The translations under genes were made by a program, and so were the position numbers. Below, piece after piece: positions 38,901-52,300 of a stretch of 64,000 bases of DNA (position 1 is its first letter; every line of letters starts with the position of its first letter). Origin of the DNA: Octopus bimaculoides. Taxonomy: Eukaryota. Under the pieces are notes generated by a model that worked only from the letters and a program-made list of their open reading frames with translations, was not told the DNA's origin and searched no databases. The stretch covers positions 29,801,899-29,865,898 of the forward strand of contig NC_068996.1 in the NCBI RefSeq assembly GCF_001194135.2, given 5' to 3'.

Positions 38901-41900
38901 TCCCTTAAAATACAAATAAAGATACAAAAGAAGTTTATCAGAAAATGAGAAAAAAACAAAACAAAACAATACCTCAGTCAAATATATATCTTACAGTGCC
39001 GGATTATAAATATACTCCCATATATTACAACACTCTTTACTGCTCATAGCTTTCAAATTTTACTGCCCTCTCTTTTAATCATTCCAGTATTAAAAGCCTC
39101 TCAACAGCAAAAATTTTAAAAGACACTTAACCCTTTCGTTACTAACCCGGCCGAAAAATTTTTTGGTTCATAAGACTAACCCGGCCGTAGCTGGCCGAGT
39201 GTACCCATTGTTATTTAAATGTATATTTGAACCCAAATCTCGTTAGTACATTCGTTAAAACACCTGATTTCACTTTGCAAACAGTTGAGTTATTGTCTCC
39301 GACATTGTTTGGCGTGATATTTGAACTCAGTGAATTTTGGAAGATTTTTTTCCACATTTTTTGCGGCGTTAATTTTTTTCAACTTTGAAGATGGAAAGGA
39401 GTTTCATGCTATCAAGCAGTGATTCCAAATTTGAAGGTTTTTCAACAGAAGATNNNNNNNNNNNNNNNNNNNNNNNNNNNNNNNNNNNNNNNNNNNNNNN
39501 NNNNNNNNNNNNNNNNNNNNNNNNNNNNNNNNNNNNNNNNNNNNNNNNNNNNNNNNNNNNNNNNNNNNNNNNNNNNNNNNNNNNNNNNNNNNNNNNNNNN
39601 NNNNNNNNNNNNNNNNNNNNNNNNNNNNNNNNNNNNNNNNNNNNNNNNNNNNNNNNNNNNNNNNNNNNNNNNNNNNNNNNNNNNNNNNNNNNNNNNNNNN
39701 NNNNNNNNNNNNNNNNNNNNNNNNNNNNNNNNNNNNNNNNNNNNNNNNNNNNNNNNNNNNNNNNNNNNNNNNNNNNNNNNNNNNNNNNNNNNNNNNNNNN
39801 NNNNNNNNNNNNNNNNNNNNNNNNNNNNNNNNNNNNNNNNNNNNNNNNNNNNNNNNNNNNNNNNNNNNNNNNNNNNNNNNNNNNNNNNNNNNNNNNNNNN
39901 NNNNNNNNNNNNNNNNNNNNNNNNNNNNNNNNNNNNNNNNNNNNNNNNNNNNNNNNNNNNNNNNNNNNNNNNNNNNNNNNNNNNNNNNNNNNNNNNNNNN
40001 NNNNNNNNNNTGAACCAATATTTACATGTGAGAGACACTAGCAGTACCCCCCACCCCACCCAGTACGTGGAGAACTCAGAGACAAAAATTATGCAATAGA
40101 ATTGATTAAGAACCATTTCTTTAATTATGTTCCAAATATCACATTAATATGTTGATAAATAAAAAAGTTACAGGTGTTTAATGAGACTAGTCTAAATTCA
40201 TGATTATTTTAGAATTTAATTGAAACTCATGAGGAGTGTATTTTGGTCAGAAATATAGTAACGAAAGGGTTAAACAAGTAAGGAGCATAACTAGGGAGGT
40301 AGCAAACCCAATTACTTAGATGATAAGGGACACCAAAACTGTGATGATAAGGGACAAACAAAACTGTGCAATATATGAAATTGAAGATCTATGGTAGTTC
40401 TGGTGGATACTGAGTTTATCTTTGCTGTTATGTGCAGAGAAGTACTTTACAACATTAAGGAGATGATTGACATTATTTGCTACATACAATGTAAGTGACA
40501 AATGCAAGAAACATTAACTAACAACAATAGCAAATATATTTAATTGCTTCCAGTAATATATCATGCAAACATTAATGAAAAAAGCAAGACTTTTCCTACC
40601 AGATATGAAGCAAATGATAAAGAATAATAAAGATGTACAATAGGATGGGAAAAGGAAGCAAATTAACCCTTAAGTCCTGAGAATAAGATAACTCAAGTAA
40701 GAAAAACACTTGCTGATTACTTCTCACAAGGTATTTTATGATTCTACCCTTCCTTCTAAGATTTTATGTTATTGGTAAAATTATTTTTATTAATATATTT
40801 CTGTTAAAATACACTATCTTTTGCCATTAATTCTAAAATTAATGAAGAATTTAGCAAAATAACCTGGTTAATAAGCTGGTGTTTGAGAATTACCATAAAA
40901 TTTTGATAGCTTTTAGTTTATTTCACTCAAAATCAGAAAGTTTGTATAATAGAACCAGGTGTTGTCTCAGGTGGGTTGTTATCAATGGTATCTTTTATCT
41001 ATGTCATAAAATTTCTCATATCTATTACTATAAACAAAAAATTTTGCAATCATTAGTTACCTTTTGTCATGCAAAATCTAATATTAATGACACTTAGACC
41101 CACCAATAATATCTATTTGTATGCTATATGATTAATAACAAGTTCTTCGGAAGATAAATATGAAGGTTTTCACACTCAGAATATTGAGAACACACCATTA
41201 GCCAAAAGTATTAGAGAAAAGAAAAGAACTGATAAAAATTCTTCAACAGGATGAACCACTGGAGGGAGCACTTACTAAGTAAAATTAATGTACAGATTGT
41301 GTTCAATCATACCACCTAATATAGTTTCTGAATATTTATAAGTAAATTTTTAGTTGAGTTTTTTTATTCCATTAAATTTAATTCCATGTTTTTGTTGTCT
41401 TAACTTTTACTTGTTTCAGTCATTACACTGTGAAGAATATTAGTCGAACTTCTCAACCCCAGTACTTTTTTTCTTTTGTAAAGTTTGGTACTTTATTCTA
41501 TTGGGGTTTTTTTTTTGCCAAACTGCTGAGTTACAAGGATGTAAACACAACACTTGTAGTTGGAGACAAACACATACACACACAACAGGCTTCTTTCAGA
41601 TTCCTTCTACCAAATCTACTCACAAAGCTTTGGTTAGCCTGAGGCTAAAGTAGAAGATACCTGCCCAAGGTACCATGCAGTGGAACTGAACCCAGAATTA
41701 TGTGGTTGTAATGCATACTTCTTAGCACACACACAGTCATACCTGCACCAATATTGTATGTATTAATATTTTATACTGCTCCCTTCTCTGATTATTTCAC
41801 TATTGCTTGAGCATGCAGTATATTCTCATAACAAATATTTTCACAATATTTTAAACAGCTCTTATTTAGTAATTCATGCTGAAAATTACATAGATATAAA

Positions 41901-43366
41901 TTCATAAACTGGAAAGTATTTGCAAGTGAAGGTCTTAAAAAATCTTTGGATGCAAGAGGGTAGACAGCTTGTTCAGTCATTTCAGCTCCAGAAGTTGCAA
42001 GGGAAATAAAAATTTAATCAGGAATATAAATAGATCTTTAATAAATCAGTAGATAATTAGATACAAAATACTACACTTTCTTTTTAATTGATACAAAGTA
42101 GTAATGGATAGAATTAGCAAAGAATTTTAAATACTGTTAGAAAGTTGAAAGAAATTAGAGTAGATATGAAGGATAAAGATCAAAATTTTAACAGAAGGAT
42201 TAAATAATATAAACTAACCTGAACTGCTAAATTTCTTTGGTGAAGTTCTTTCATGGCTTTTGTAACATCACGTGGTTGATCATCTTCAGAATCATCATCT
42301 TTGAGACCATATTTGGAAAAATGCTTAACCTAATATAAGAAAATAAAAACAAAAAGAATTTAACAATATAATCTTCACATACACACACAAAGAAATTTGT
42401 CAAAGTTTGCCCTAATGGTAGGCAAGGAAAGAAAAGACATTTAAAAAGATAATCCCACCTCAAAAACCCATGATCCAGTTTCAGGTCGATAATCCAAAAA
42501 TTGACCACCAAGATTTATTGTAGCGTTTTCAAGGCGTTTTTCATAATTCATAACTTTTAGTCTTTCTGGACTCTGTAATAAAAATGCCATTGCTTCATTC
42601 AAGAATTCAAAATTTTAAAGGAGGACAACATTCTTAAGTTTTTAATTCTTTAATATATATATTAATTCTTTAATGTTTGTATAAGAGTGATTATAATAAA
42701 ATTGAAATAATTTCAGGTAGTGTCCATGTACTCACCGAGATGATTGTTTTGGTTGTTTTATCCAGAGGCCATACACAATCCAAAGTTATTTCAGCTCTTT
42801 TATTCAACCCTTGCCCAATCTCAGGTTTCATTATGTCATCAGGATAAACTGTTACTTCTTTTTTTCGGAAATGAACTGAAATGTTTTTGTAAGTTAACTT
42901 GAAAAATATTATGTGTAAGTGTGATAACATAGCAGAGATGATAAAACACCAAGCAAAATGACAAGCAACAGTTTTCTCCTACATTTTCTTTTCATTTCTA
43001 AGTTTGTCAATCAAAGTTAGTAACTGTAATATACTTAACAAAAATAGGTCAGCTGTATGGTCAAATGTTTCTCATGAGGTTGGGGTGAGTTATAGATGAA
43101 AGGGAGACAGACAAATTTTTATCTATATCTATAAAATAGAGGATGTTTGTGTGTGTGTGTGTACATGAATGTTGTTTATGCACATCCACAAATTAGCACG
43201 CATGTCGCTCCAATTTTAGGAGGAGATTCGGAATGACCTTATGTGCATTTTGGCCAATTTTTTTCTCTCAGAGGTACCCGCGTATAGCTGTAAAAATCGA
43301 TAAACTTTTACGAATTTTGAAGTTTGTTGACATGGCGAAGTCAAATCTGTGCGTACGCGCGTGAAG

Positions 43367-43398
<32 letters not shown>

Positions 43399-46300
43399 GA
43401 AAGAAAGAAAGAAAGAAATAGTGTTTCTGACAGATGGGGGTACAGTATTTGCTAAGAGTTTACTTTGCTAGCGTCTAAATAAAAGAACAAAACAAAAGAA
43501 CGAAAAAGTGGAAAGGGAGGCAGAAAGCGTATTAGGAATGAAAATGTAGTTAAGACAAAGTGTAAAATGTAAAAAGCTTTTTTTTCTTCTTAAATATGAG
43601 ATATAGTTTAAAATATACGATGTTTTTGAAAGACACTATATTCTATAATGAGATTATATATACTTTCTCACACAACAATTCAAATATATTTATTTTAAAT
43701 CATTTATTTGTTTTAAATCGTTCATCTTTCTCCCCCTCATATATACTACCTTGGGAGCGAAAGAGTTTTGTTTATATTTCACAACTATGAAACAAAACGT
43801 ATGTAATAATTTGTCAGTCACCACCACCCAACCCGTTTTTCGGACCACAAAAAGGGTTTTGTAATGTTTCAGATTAACAACCGCACGATTTCCACTAGGG
43901 TGTTACGGTTAGGGTTTTAGGGTTAGGGTTAGAGTTTTACGGTTAGGATTAGGGTTAGGGTTAAGGTTAGTATTAGGATTACGATTAGGGTTGGTGTTAG
44001 GGTTACGGTTTTAGGGTCAGGGTTAGGGTTAGGGTTCAGGGTTAGGGTTAGAGTTAACCTAGAAGGGACAGGCCCCTTATTTTTTTGTTAAGGCTGTTGG
44101 TAAGTTTTCCTAAGTTACTCCAATTCACATCCCCAATGCAAACCTTCAGATCAACCTATGCAGATCTCTAATGCAACTTTCGCTCAAATCTGATGTCCAT
44201 GTTACTTATTTTGGTTTGAAATAAAGCACTTGATCACTTAATAATCCTAGCTTAATCCCGAGCAGCGCCGGGCTATACTGCTAGTGTTTACTAAAATGAA
44301 GAATGTTTTTAAAGTTTTAAACATGGTCAACACCACAGCAAAGAAAGGATTATTTTAATGTAAACTACTGTTTTCTTATTAATGAGAAATGAGTACAAAA
44401 ATAATAACAAAAAAAGATCTCACTGATGGGGAGGATTATCAGACTAAGAACCAATGGAATAATCAATGGAAATCAGTTCACTGTAAACCCTCATTCGTAA
44501 TATATGCTTCTTTCTGAGATGTGAAGAACAGGTATTTCAAGAAATTATATTCCACACTGATTGCAAAATATACACTAATGATTTAACTTACCGTTATCAT
44601 CACAGAAACCCAACATTAACCCTTTCGTTACTGTATTTCTTTCAATTAATTTTAAATATAACAAAGAATTTAATAAAATAATTTAGTTATCATTAAGCTA
44701 ATGTTAGGAACATAAATTGTGACTAAGGTTTGGTGAAAGATTTTAATTCAGAACTTTTGAAAACAAGACATTTGTACTACAGAGCCAATTTCAGCCAGGT
44801 TGGTATCATAAGGGTTAATAAGAAGTTTCATCTATCATATCATATGTCCAATCCAAACAACTATCCTATGCATTTTTCAGCCAAATTTTTGCATATAAAT
44901 TAATATGGTACATCTACAATAAATATATTCAGTTAGGTCTTCTATTGGAAAAAACAATATGCCTTCAGCTAGCAAACAACTTGAAACCTCATATCTTTTA
45001 AAAGACATTTATCAAGTGTGTGTGCATGTGTGTGTACATGCATCACACATGCACATATGCATACAAGGTATGAAAGTTATGCACTACATGACTAATTTAA
45101 GTGATTACAGAGAGCAAAACTATCTTCATATGACCAAAAAGTTTCAACTGCAAATGCTTTTATATTACTTCTTGAATTGTAACCCATTTTAACAAAATCA
45201 TCTTTTTGGGGTCAATAAATTAAGTACCAGTTGCATACTGGGGTTAATCTAATCAACTGGCCCCCTCTCTAAAAATCTGTGGTGGTGGGGAATGCAGTGA
45301 CTGGTGAAACCTGGGTATATAGAGGGGATGGAGGACAATAGAATAGCAGATACAGTGAGGGCAGGATTGGGAAGCAAGAGATAAGCATAGCGCATGAAAA
45401 AGAGAAAATGTGAGGAAGAGATGGAGTTTGGTTTGCTGGGGTGGAAAAGTTTTAATGTTAAATGTGAATGGAACACACAGCATTGCTAAATGGGCAGGTC
45501 TTAAGAACTTCATATTGCCAGACATCTCAGTCTATTGTCATCTTCTCCAGTTCTGCGATAAGAGCAAGGTCATCAGCATAAAGTAGTTCCCATGAGTATC
45601 CAGTTTTAAATTCCTCTGCTATGACCTGGAGGACTATGGTAAATAAGAGTGGATTGAGAGTTGAGCCCAGGTGAACCCCTACTTGTACACTAAATTCATC
45701 ACTGTATTCATGGCCGACTCATCCTACTGACAGCACCGCTGTACATGGCTTGTACAGCTCTAACAAGCCACTCATCTACTCCTAATTTCTTTAGAGACCA
45801 CCAGACAAGAGAACAGGGAACCCTATCGAAAGCTTTCATCAAGGTTGACAAAAGCCAAGTACAAAGATAGCATCTGTGGTACTTTTCGCAGGAACAAACC
45901 CAAACTGCATCTCATCTAGTTTAATTCTATTCTTAATCAATTGAGCTATAACTCTCTCTGTAACTTTCATGACCTGGTCCAGCAGTTTGATACCTCTGTA
46001 GTTGTTTTTATCTAAGGCATCACCTTTACCTTTTGTAGCAGCTAACTATAATACTATTATACCATCATTGGGGATTACACCTTCCTGAATAACCTGATTA
46101 ACTGTACCATGACTAGACTGTTACTAGTGACTATATATATATATATGTAATGTCAAACTCATCAACCCATGCCAGCATGGAAGATGAATGTATGATGATC
46201 ACACACACACAATTATGTAGCTTCCTTTTGGCACAATCATAATCCTGAGCAATCACTGTAATAGTAACAAGAACTACTTACCAATTTCATCAAAATTCAT

Positions 46301-49300
46301 TCCAGCAATATTTGTAGGGCCAGGAAAAAACACACTTCCATACCCTTCTCTTCCAATTGTGAAATCTTCTACGATGCAATCACCATTTTCATCAGTGATA
46401 TCAGTCAATTCTTGCCAACTAGGCACAGTGTAATAACCAGGTCGCATTAAAACAATATTGGCAGGATGTGGAGGAACATTGGAGTACTGATGCATATATA
46501 TAAATAAAAAGTGAGTGACATGTTGAAATAACATTTTTAAATAACACAAGCTATGAAGAAATGTGTTTATTATCACTGACAGGAATAGTATACTGATTTT
46601 GGTTGTCATAGTTACAATGAGAACTCTAACTTGAATGTCTCAGGGTATAGAAATAATTTCACATATCAGAAAATCAAACAAAAAAGGGTTACTCCATAAC
46701 AACCAAATAATTTCTTTTTGTCTGAGCAACCAATCTACCTCCCAGAAAGAGATTGTAATTTTCAAAAGCAATATAATTCACTTAATTATTCATAACGTGA
46801 AGAGACATTAGCTCCCAATTACTTACGAGGTGTCTCTCCCTGTTCCAGTCTACACAATCATGCACACATTGGTCATTAAGAAACAACACAAACACTATCA
46901 GAAAATAAACAGTTTAAAATGTAGGAAACTCTTTAATTTCTATCATATCACATTTTTACAAGCAGCAGCAGTTTATAATCTTAATTATGATAAATTATAA
47001 AGCAAACAATTTTTCTTGTAATGCAATATTATCAAAATTATTAAACTAAAATAGTGACCGAATATTTCCAAATGCAGAATACAAATAACATAATTATGAA
47101 ATAATTATAAAAGATGAAAAGGACTGAGTTAAATATTATACACAAAATATTATACATAGAATCAAACATTACCATTTAGAAGAGTAACTAACTCTGAAAC
47201 TGGAAAACAACTCATGAAAAGGTATTTTCATAAGCTGGCAACATGTTTTAAATAGAAATTTTAAGGATTTATTAAAAAAAAAAAAAAAAAGGAGAAAATC
47301 TAGAACAATAGTAAAATTATTTTTGTAATTTTCAACATTACAAGATAATTAGCTTTTTAGTGAGGGAGATACTTGTCAGTTAAAGAATGAGACAAAATTA
47401 TTACTCCAAAACCAAAAAACTTCAAGTTATGGAAAGTTTTGCATTTTGCTGAAAATGCCTCAACCAAAATTAAATATATTCAGAATTGTCTTCATATCAT
47501 TTAATGAATTAATGAAAACAGCTATCAGATATTTTTTTTTAAACATATGCCATCCTGTGCAACATGAACTTGCTTGATAACACATGCATTTGTCATTCCT
47601 ACACTGCTTGAAACCTTTCAAATCAAATCACCCTTGATTATGTTTATTTTTAAAAAATTCTAAACACTCCAAATTTGGCAAAAAACTTTAATCCCTTCCA
47701 TTATCATTTATTTACATTCTGTTGGTTGGAAAAATCAATGCACATGTTATTGAATCTTTTGCAAGTGAATTTTAGAATTTTTTGAATTGAAACTTTCATA
47801 CATACATAAGTGTGCTGTATCTCAATGAAATAATTCAGGTTATCTGTTAATCTCATAATGTAAAAGGAGCAAAAATGTCTGGAAAAGGCTTTTTTTTTTT
47901 TGTTATTTTGGGGAGAATTTTATAAGCCCATGTCTGTCATATTAACATCATTTTCTAACATTTTTTTTTTTTTGAAGTTTATCTGTATTTTTAGTTATAA
48001 TGTAATATATTAACTATCACACAAGCACAATATTTGAAATGTAAATGACTCATTTACAGTTTTAAAAAATTGTTTTCCTTCCTCCCTGATGTGCATGCAC
48101 ATTGGGCTTTTTTAAGTCTGTTTACTAAATTCATTCACAAAGCTTTGGTTGGGCCAAGGCAATAGCAAGAAGCACTTGCCCAATGTGCAATGGAAATGGA
48201 ACTGAACCTGAGGCCATTTGATTGAGAAGACAAAAGTTCTACCACATTCACATCTGCACATATATACGTACACATAAGTAAACATACATCCATGAATGTT
48301 TGTAGGCATAAATACATACATACATACACAAACATTTCCAATTGATAAGAACAATAGAACAAAACACTATAGTTTGTCACAAATTTTCAATAAACAAATA
48401 TCAATTCTTTGTGACAGCACTCGGTTCAGTTAAGACAGACATTTGAAGCTGCTGGAGATTGTGATCAGTCACTGGTTGGCGAGGGTTGCTGTTGGAAGGC
48501 CATAAGTGTGACAACAGAATTTGGTTCCTTGCCATACCTCCAGAAAGAGTCAAAAGTGGTTATCAGAGAATTTCTAAAATTTTACCAACTTCAATTTCTG
48601 GACTCCTAATTCTCCCAATTGTAATCTCGTAGACTATTGACTGGGATGCAGTTGAGAAAAACACCAACCATTCAGCCAGCAACACCAAAGCTTAGTTGAT
48701 GGCCAAGATCAAGACATTCAAAGATCTTCCCAAGGACACAGTGAGTAATGCATGTTCTAGATTCCAGAGCCATCTTGAGGCTATGGTGAAAGCTGAGAGC
48801 AGTTTCTTTGAGTAGATAATCTAGTTGATATATTTTGATCAATTTTAAATACTTTTACTTTTGGACGGCATATTGCTTCTTTTTTTCTTTCCTTTTATGC
48901 AAATTGGCAGATTTAACACAAATACCCTGTACATACATTGCAAGACAGTATGGCAGAGAAAACCATGAAGGTGTAGGAGAGTAGTGTGCTGGAATGGATG
49001 ATGGTACACTTGCACTTAGTGATTCTGCAAAGAAAGAGGCATTGAAGTCATCATCATCATCATCATCATTTAACATCTGTATTCCATGTTGGCATAGGAT
49101 GGACAGTTTAGCTGAAAACTCATAAGCCGGGGAGATGCACCAGGTTCTGATCTGATTCGGGAAGGTTTCTACAGATGGATACCCTTCCTAATGTCAAGAA
49201 CTCCAAGAGTGTAGTAGGTGTTTTTTTTTACATTCCACTGGCATGGGTGTCATTCACCTGACACTGCCATCAGCCACAACTACAGTCTCACTTGGCTTGA

Positions 49301-52300
49301 CACATCTATACAAGCATGGTATGTCCCCAAAGGTCTCGGTCGCTAGTCACTGCCTCCATGAGGCCCAACACTCAAACGGTTTACATGCCAGTCAGACAGC
49401 ACTGGCAGCAGCCATGACTACAATTTCACTCAGGTCAACAGGTCTCCACAAGCACAGCACATCACCCAACAATTGAAGAGTGCTCTTAAAGGGCTAGATA
49501 CACAATGCTGGCATCGGCCACAACTACAATCTCACCTAGCTTGAAAGGTTTTCTCATGCATGGCAAATCACCAAAGGTTTTGGTCACTTGTCATTGCCTC
49601 TGTAAGGCCAAACATTCAAAGATTGTGCTTCACCACCTCATCCCATGTCTTCCTGGGTCTATCTCTTCCACAGGTTCCCTCCACCACTAGAGTGAGTGCA
49701 ACAACTCTTCACACAGCTGTCCTGTAAATAAGCATCACATGATCATACCAGTGCAGTCTTCTCTCTTGCACACCATATCTGATGCCTCTTATGCCCAACT
49801 TTTCTCTCAGGATGCTTACACTCTGTTGTGCTTGCATACCAACATTACACATCCAGTGAAGCATACTAGCTTCATTTCTTACAACCTACCCATGTCCTCA
49901 GCAGTCACAGCCCATGTTTCACTGTCGTGTAGCATGGCTGTCACTCTGAGCAAGAAACCCTTTGTTACCAGCAGAGGTTGGAGCTCTCTGAATTTTGCCC
50001 AGCCTATTCTTATTCTAGCAGCTACACTCTCAGAGCATCCACCTTAGCTACTGATTTGGTCACCTAGGTAACGGAAGCTATTGACTACTTCTAGTTTTCT
50101 CCCCTGGAATGTGATGGAATCTATTTTTTGTCACTTTTTAATGTTAATTGTACCTGTGTACCTTCCATACACAAAAACTTTGCTTGTTAACATTCCTCTG
50201 ATATTGCTGCACCTCATATATGCTCATAGCTTACACTAGGTACATCTTGTGGAGATTCTACCTATGCCTTTTCTACAAATCAGGCAGGACCATCTACCTG
50301 AAGGCATGTGTGATTTGTCTGCTTTCCTATTTACTAAGACTTTGGTTTTTACTAGGTTAATGCTAAGGCCCTTCAATTCTAGGCCTTGCTTCTCTAGTTC
50401 TGGTAGTGATTCAGCTATAAGAACAAGGTCATCAGCTTAAGGGAGCTCCCAGGGGCAGCTTGTCTTGAATTCCTCTGTTATTACCTGGAGGACTATGATG
50501 AACAAGAGGGTGCTGAGGACTGATCCTTGGCAAACCCCTACTTGTACCTTAAATTCTTTACTCATTGCCAACCCTCATCTTACTCTCAGCATCCATGTAC
50601 ATGGCTTGTACAGCTCTCACCAACCACTCGTCTATCCCTAGTTTTCATATTGATCAAAGGCTTTCTCCATGTCAACAAAAGCAATGTACAGAAGTTTATC
50701 ATAGGCTAGGTATTTCTCCTGTAGCTACCTTACCAGAAATATAGCATTAGTGGTGCTTCTCCCTGGCACAAAACCAAACTGCATCTCATCTAAACTACCT
50801 CCCTAATTAGCTGGGCTATGACCCTCTCTGTAACTTTCATGAAGTGCCAGTGTGAAAGGTTCTAAATATAGAAAATGCAAGAGAAAAAGAAAGTCTTCCT
50901 ATAGAGGGATCAGCTATCCAAGTTTATAGTAGCATGATAAAACAGTTAAGAATGTGAAAACAAAGAAAGCTGCTAGCCCATCAGGAATCACCAGAGATAC
51001 TTAAAATATCTATCTGGCCAAATGGATTATGCCTAGTCACCCATATTGTTAATCATGTTATTGAGGAAGGTATCTTACCCAACGATTGGTGTAACAGCAT
51101 TATAGTCAACTGTTACAAAAGTAAAAGTGATGTCTTCAACAGAAGTAATTACAGAAGTATAAAATTAATGGACCAGGTAAGTTACAAAAAGGATCATCGC
51201 TCAACTAATTAGGAAGAGAGTTAGGATAGATGAGATGCAGTGCCAGGAAGAAGCACAACCAATGCCATCTTCCTTGTAAGGCAACAGCAGAAGCATTTCG
51301 TAAAAAATCATCCTCTGTATTTGACATTTGTCAACACGGAGAAAGCCTTTGATAGGATGCAGAAGCTAAATCAGCAATGAGTATATCAAAAAACTTAGTG
51401 CACAGGTAGGAGTTCAAAGATTAGTTTCCAGGCCTCTCCTGTTTATCACAGTTCTTCAGGTCATATCAAAGGGATGACTAGTTGCCCTTGAGAGTTCCTT
51501 GAGTTAATTTAGCCAAGAAAAATGTACTTATAAGCAGGAAAGCAGACAAATTACTAATCCTTTCAGGGCACTGGCCCTGCTCAATATATAGAAAAAGGGT
51601 AGGTAGAAATTCCATAAGGTATACCTAGTGCAGGCTATGAATGCATAAGAAGTGAGCAGTATTAAAGGTAAGTTAACAGAGAAAGTAGTCATTGTGTGGC
51701 AGATGTGCAGTCCAAAAATGTCTAGGAAGTAAGTTTTCACAACTGTCCAGAGAGATGCTTAGAAGTAGCAGACAGTTTCCATTACTTAAGTGAGCAAATT
51801 CGCAGTGAAGGAGGCTGCTCTGAAAGCATAGCTGCTAGAATAAGAACTGGTTGGGAATAGTTCAGAGAGCTATTATCTTTGTTGGTAACAAAGGGCTTCT
51901 CCCTCAGAGTGAAAGGCAGATTGTATGATGCCTGTGGACAGACAGCTATGCTATATATAGCAGCTAAATATGGGTTGTGACTGTAGAAGACATGCAAAGC
52001 CTTGAAAGAAATGAAGCCAGTATGCTCCACTGGATGTGCAATGTCACTGAACTTGTATAACAAAGTGTAACTGCCAGGTAAGTGTAGTTTGAAATTAGTG
52101 GGCCTCAAAGCTGAAAGCGAAGATTGAGGGGGGGGGGGGCTTTCTCTATAAGAATACTGCTCACAAAATCAGTGTTATGAAGTAAAGAAAAAGAGGGTAT
52201 TGCAGACTCATATGCAAATTGGGAGGTAAGATGTGTGTGTGTGTGCGTGTGTGTGCGTGCGCATGTGCACACACACAATGTGCTTATATTATGTTGATGC

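Noticed and set aside
41792-41995. 62-aa minus-strand ORF just after the HF|S exon as an alternative exon
   Set aside because: The nearest acceptor gives the wrong phase (immediate stop) and there is no homology signal.
43896-44056. Telomeric tract as evidence of a chromosome end or fusion
   Set aside because: It is short, degenerate, single-orientation and enclosed by Helitron termini inside an intact gene.
48855-49076. ORF starting with poly-Asp, resembling the acidic Nup98 linker
   Set aside because: The poly-D comes from the (CAT)n tail of the adjacent RTE; no splice sites, and not needed for frame.
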